Below are positions 61,311 to 64,000 of a stretch of DNA of 64,000 nt, piece by piece. Position numbers and translations under genes: made by a program. The first letter of the stretch is position 1; each line of letters opens with the position of its first letter. Source of the stretch: Heptranchias perlo (Eukaryota); the NCBI RefSeq assembly GCF_035084215.1, contig NW_027139217.1:372001-436000 (forward strand), written 5' to 3'. The notes under the pieces were generated by a model. It searched no databases. It worked only from the letters and a program-made list of their open reading frames with translations, and was not told where the DNA came from.

Positions 61311-64000
61311 GCTCAGACCTGCCGTCCGCACCCGGTCTGGCCTATATGTGACTCCAGACCCACAGCAATGTGGTTGATTCTTAATTGCCCTCTGAAATGG
61401 CCTCGCAAGCCACTCAGTTGTAAAATCTCGCGACGAAAAGTCATAATAAGAATAAAACCGGACGGACAACCCGGCATCGGACCACTGGGCACCGGACACG
61501 ACAACGGCAAAACACCAAGCCCAGTCGACCCTGCAAGGTCCTCCTTACTGACATCTGGGGACTTGTGCCAAAATTGGGAGAGCTGTCCCACAGACTAGTC
61601 AAGCAACAGCCTGACATAGCCATACTCACAGAATCATATCTTTCAGCCAACGTCCCAGACTCTTCCATCACCATCCCTGGGTATGTCCTGTCCCACCGGC
61701 AGGACAGACCCACCAGAGGTGGCGGTACAGTGATATACAGTCAGGAGGGAGTGGCCCTGGGAGTCCTCAACATTGACTCTGGACCCCATGAAATCTCATG
61801 GCATCGGGTCAAACATGGGCAAGGAAACCTCCTGCTGATTATCACCTACCGTCCTCCCTCAGCTGATGAATCAGTCCTCCTCCATGTTGAGCAACACTTG
61901 GAGGAAGCACTGAGGGTAGCAAGGGCACAAAATGTACTCTGGGTGGGGGACTTCAATGTCCATCACCAAGAGTGGCTCGGTAGCACCACTACTGACCGAG
62001 CTGGCCGAGTCCTGAAGGACATAGCTGCTAGACTGGGCCTGCGGCAGGTGGTGAGCGAACCAACACGAGGGAAAAACTTACTTGACCTCGTCCTCACCAA
62101 TCTACCTTTCGCAAATGCATCTGTCCATGACAGTATTGGTAGGAGTGACCACCGCACAGTCCTCGTGGAGATGAAGTCCCGTCTTTGCACTGAGGACACC
62201 ATCCAACGTGTCGTGTGGCACTACCACCGTGCTAAATGGGATAGATTCAGAACAGATCTAGCAGCTCAAAACTGGGCATCCATGAGGCGCTGTGGGCCAT
62301 CAGCAACAGAATTGTATTCCAGCACAATCTGTAACCTCATGGCCCGGCAAATTCCTCACTCTACCATTACCAACAAGCCAGGGGATCAACCCTGGTTCAA
62401 TGAGGAGTGTAGAAGAGCATGCCAGGAGCAGCACCAGGCGTACCTAAAAATGAGGTGCCAACCTGGTGAAGCTACAACTCAGGACTACATGCATGCTAAA
62501 CAGTGGAAGCAACATGCTACAGACAGAGCTAAGCGATTCCACAACCAACGGATCAGATCAAAGCTCTGCAGTCCTGCCACATCCAGTCGTGAATGGTGGT
62601 GGACAATTAAACAACTAACGGGAGGAGGAGGCTCTGCAAACATCCCCATTCTCAATGATGGTGGAGTCCAGCACGTGAGTGCAAAAGATAAGGCTGATGC
62701 GTTTGCAACCATCTTCAGCTAGAAGTGCCGAGTGGATGATCCATCTCAGCCTCCTCCCGATATCCCCACCATCACAGAAGCCAGTCTTCGGCCAATTCGA
62801 TTCACTCCACGTTATATCAAGAAACGGCTGAGTGCACTGGATACAGCAAAGGCTATGGGCCCCGACAACATCCCAGCTGTAGTGCTGAAGACTTGTGCTC
62901 CAGAACTAGCTGCGCCTCCAGCCAAGCTGTTCCAGTACAGCTACAACACTGGCATCTACCCGACAATGTGGAAAATTGCCCAGGTATGTCCTGTCAACAA
63001 AAAGAAGGACAAATCCAATCCGGCCAATTACCGCCCCATCAGTCTACTCTCAATCATCAGCAAAGTGATGGAAGGTGTCGTCGACAGTGCTATCAAGCGG
63101 CACTTACTCACAAATAACCTGCTCACCGATGCTCAGTTTGGGTTCCGCCAGGACCACTCAGCTCCAGACCTCATTACAGCCTTGGTCCAAACATGGACAA
63201 AAGAGCTGAATTCCAGAGGTGAGGTGAGAGTGACTGCCCTTGACATCAAGGCAGCATTTGACCGAGTGTGGCACCAAGGAGCCCTAGTAAAATTGAAGTC
63301 AATGGGAATCAGGGGGAAAACTCTCCAGTGGCTGGAGTCATACCTAGCACAAAGGAAGATGGTAGTGGTTGTTGGAGGCCAATCATCTCAGCCCCAGGGC
63401 ATTGCTGCAGGAGTTCCTCAGGGCAGTGTCCGAGGCCCAACCATCTTCAGCTGCTTCATCAATGACCTTCCCTCCATCATAAGGTCAGAAATGGGGATGT
63501 TTGCTGATGACTGCACATTGTTCAGTTCCATTCGCAACCCCTCAGATAATGAAGCAGTCCGAGCCTGCATGCATCAAGACCTGGACAACATCCAGGCTTG
63601 GGCTCATAAGTGGCAAGGAACATTCACGCCAGATAAGTGCCATGCATTGACCATCTTCAACAAGAGAGTCTAACCACCTCCCCTTGACATTCAACGGCAT
63701 TACCATCGCCGAATCCCCCACCATCAACATCCTGGGGGTCAACATTGACCAGAAACTGAACTGGACCAGCCATATAAATACTGTGGCTACGAGAGCAGGT
63801 CAGAGGCTGGGTATTCTGCGGCGAGTGACTCACCTCCTGACTCCCCAAAGCCTTTCCACCATCGACAAGGCACAAGTCAGGAGTGTGATGGAATACTCTC
63901 CACTTGCCTGGATGAGTGCACCTCCAACAACACTCAAGAAGCTCGACACCATCCAAGATAAAGCAGCCCGCTTGATTGGCACCCCATCCACCACCCTAAA
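61311..64000 (+). mobile_element. Near full-length APE-RT LINE with 5' leader (runs off the window)
   Basis: ORFs 61565-62722 and 62732-63673; same family as 52081-54776. Confidence 0.95.

Noticed and set aside
51072-61377. 16-aa repeat ORFs (SLSPRLDISPCAPLTV)
   Set aside because: Translations of the 48-bp minisatellite

Overview
Repeat-dense vertebrate genomic DNA, most likely a cartilaginous fish (inferred from the MHC leader/alpha2 sequence and the LINE content), with one 551-N gap. Only one host gene is supported: a minus-strand MHC class I heavy chain with leader (12801-12849), alpha1 (10446-10706), alpha2 (1978-2250), alpha3 (843-1118) and the start of the TM exon (1-65). All junctions are GT-AG, phase 1 and in frame. 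Its ISRE-S-X-Y promoter module sits about 2.1 kb upstream of the ATG, separated from it by minisatellites. A second X-Y/EICE island lies about 20 kb further out. Minisatellites abut several splice sites. At 20605-29378 is an env-less, retrovirus-like LTR element with a tRNA-Arg PBS, CCHC gag, retroviral-type RT, two RNase H domains, integrase, a UGA-CUAG gag-pol junction and two mismatched LTRs. The rest is CR1, L2 and poly(A)-tailed LINEs, a Harbinger transposase relic, Penelope-type minimal hammerhead ribozyme motifs, an ~8 kb 16-bp BamHI satellite and a tandemly duplicated minisatellite+CR1 unit.
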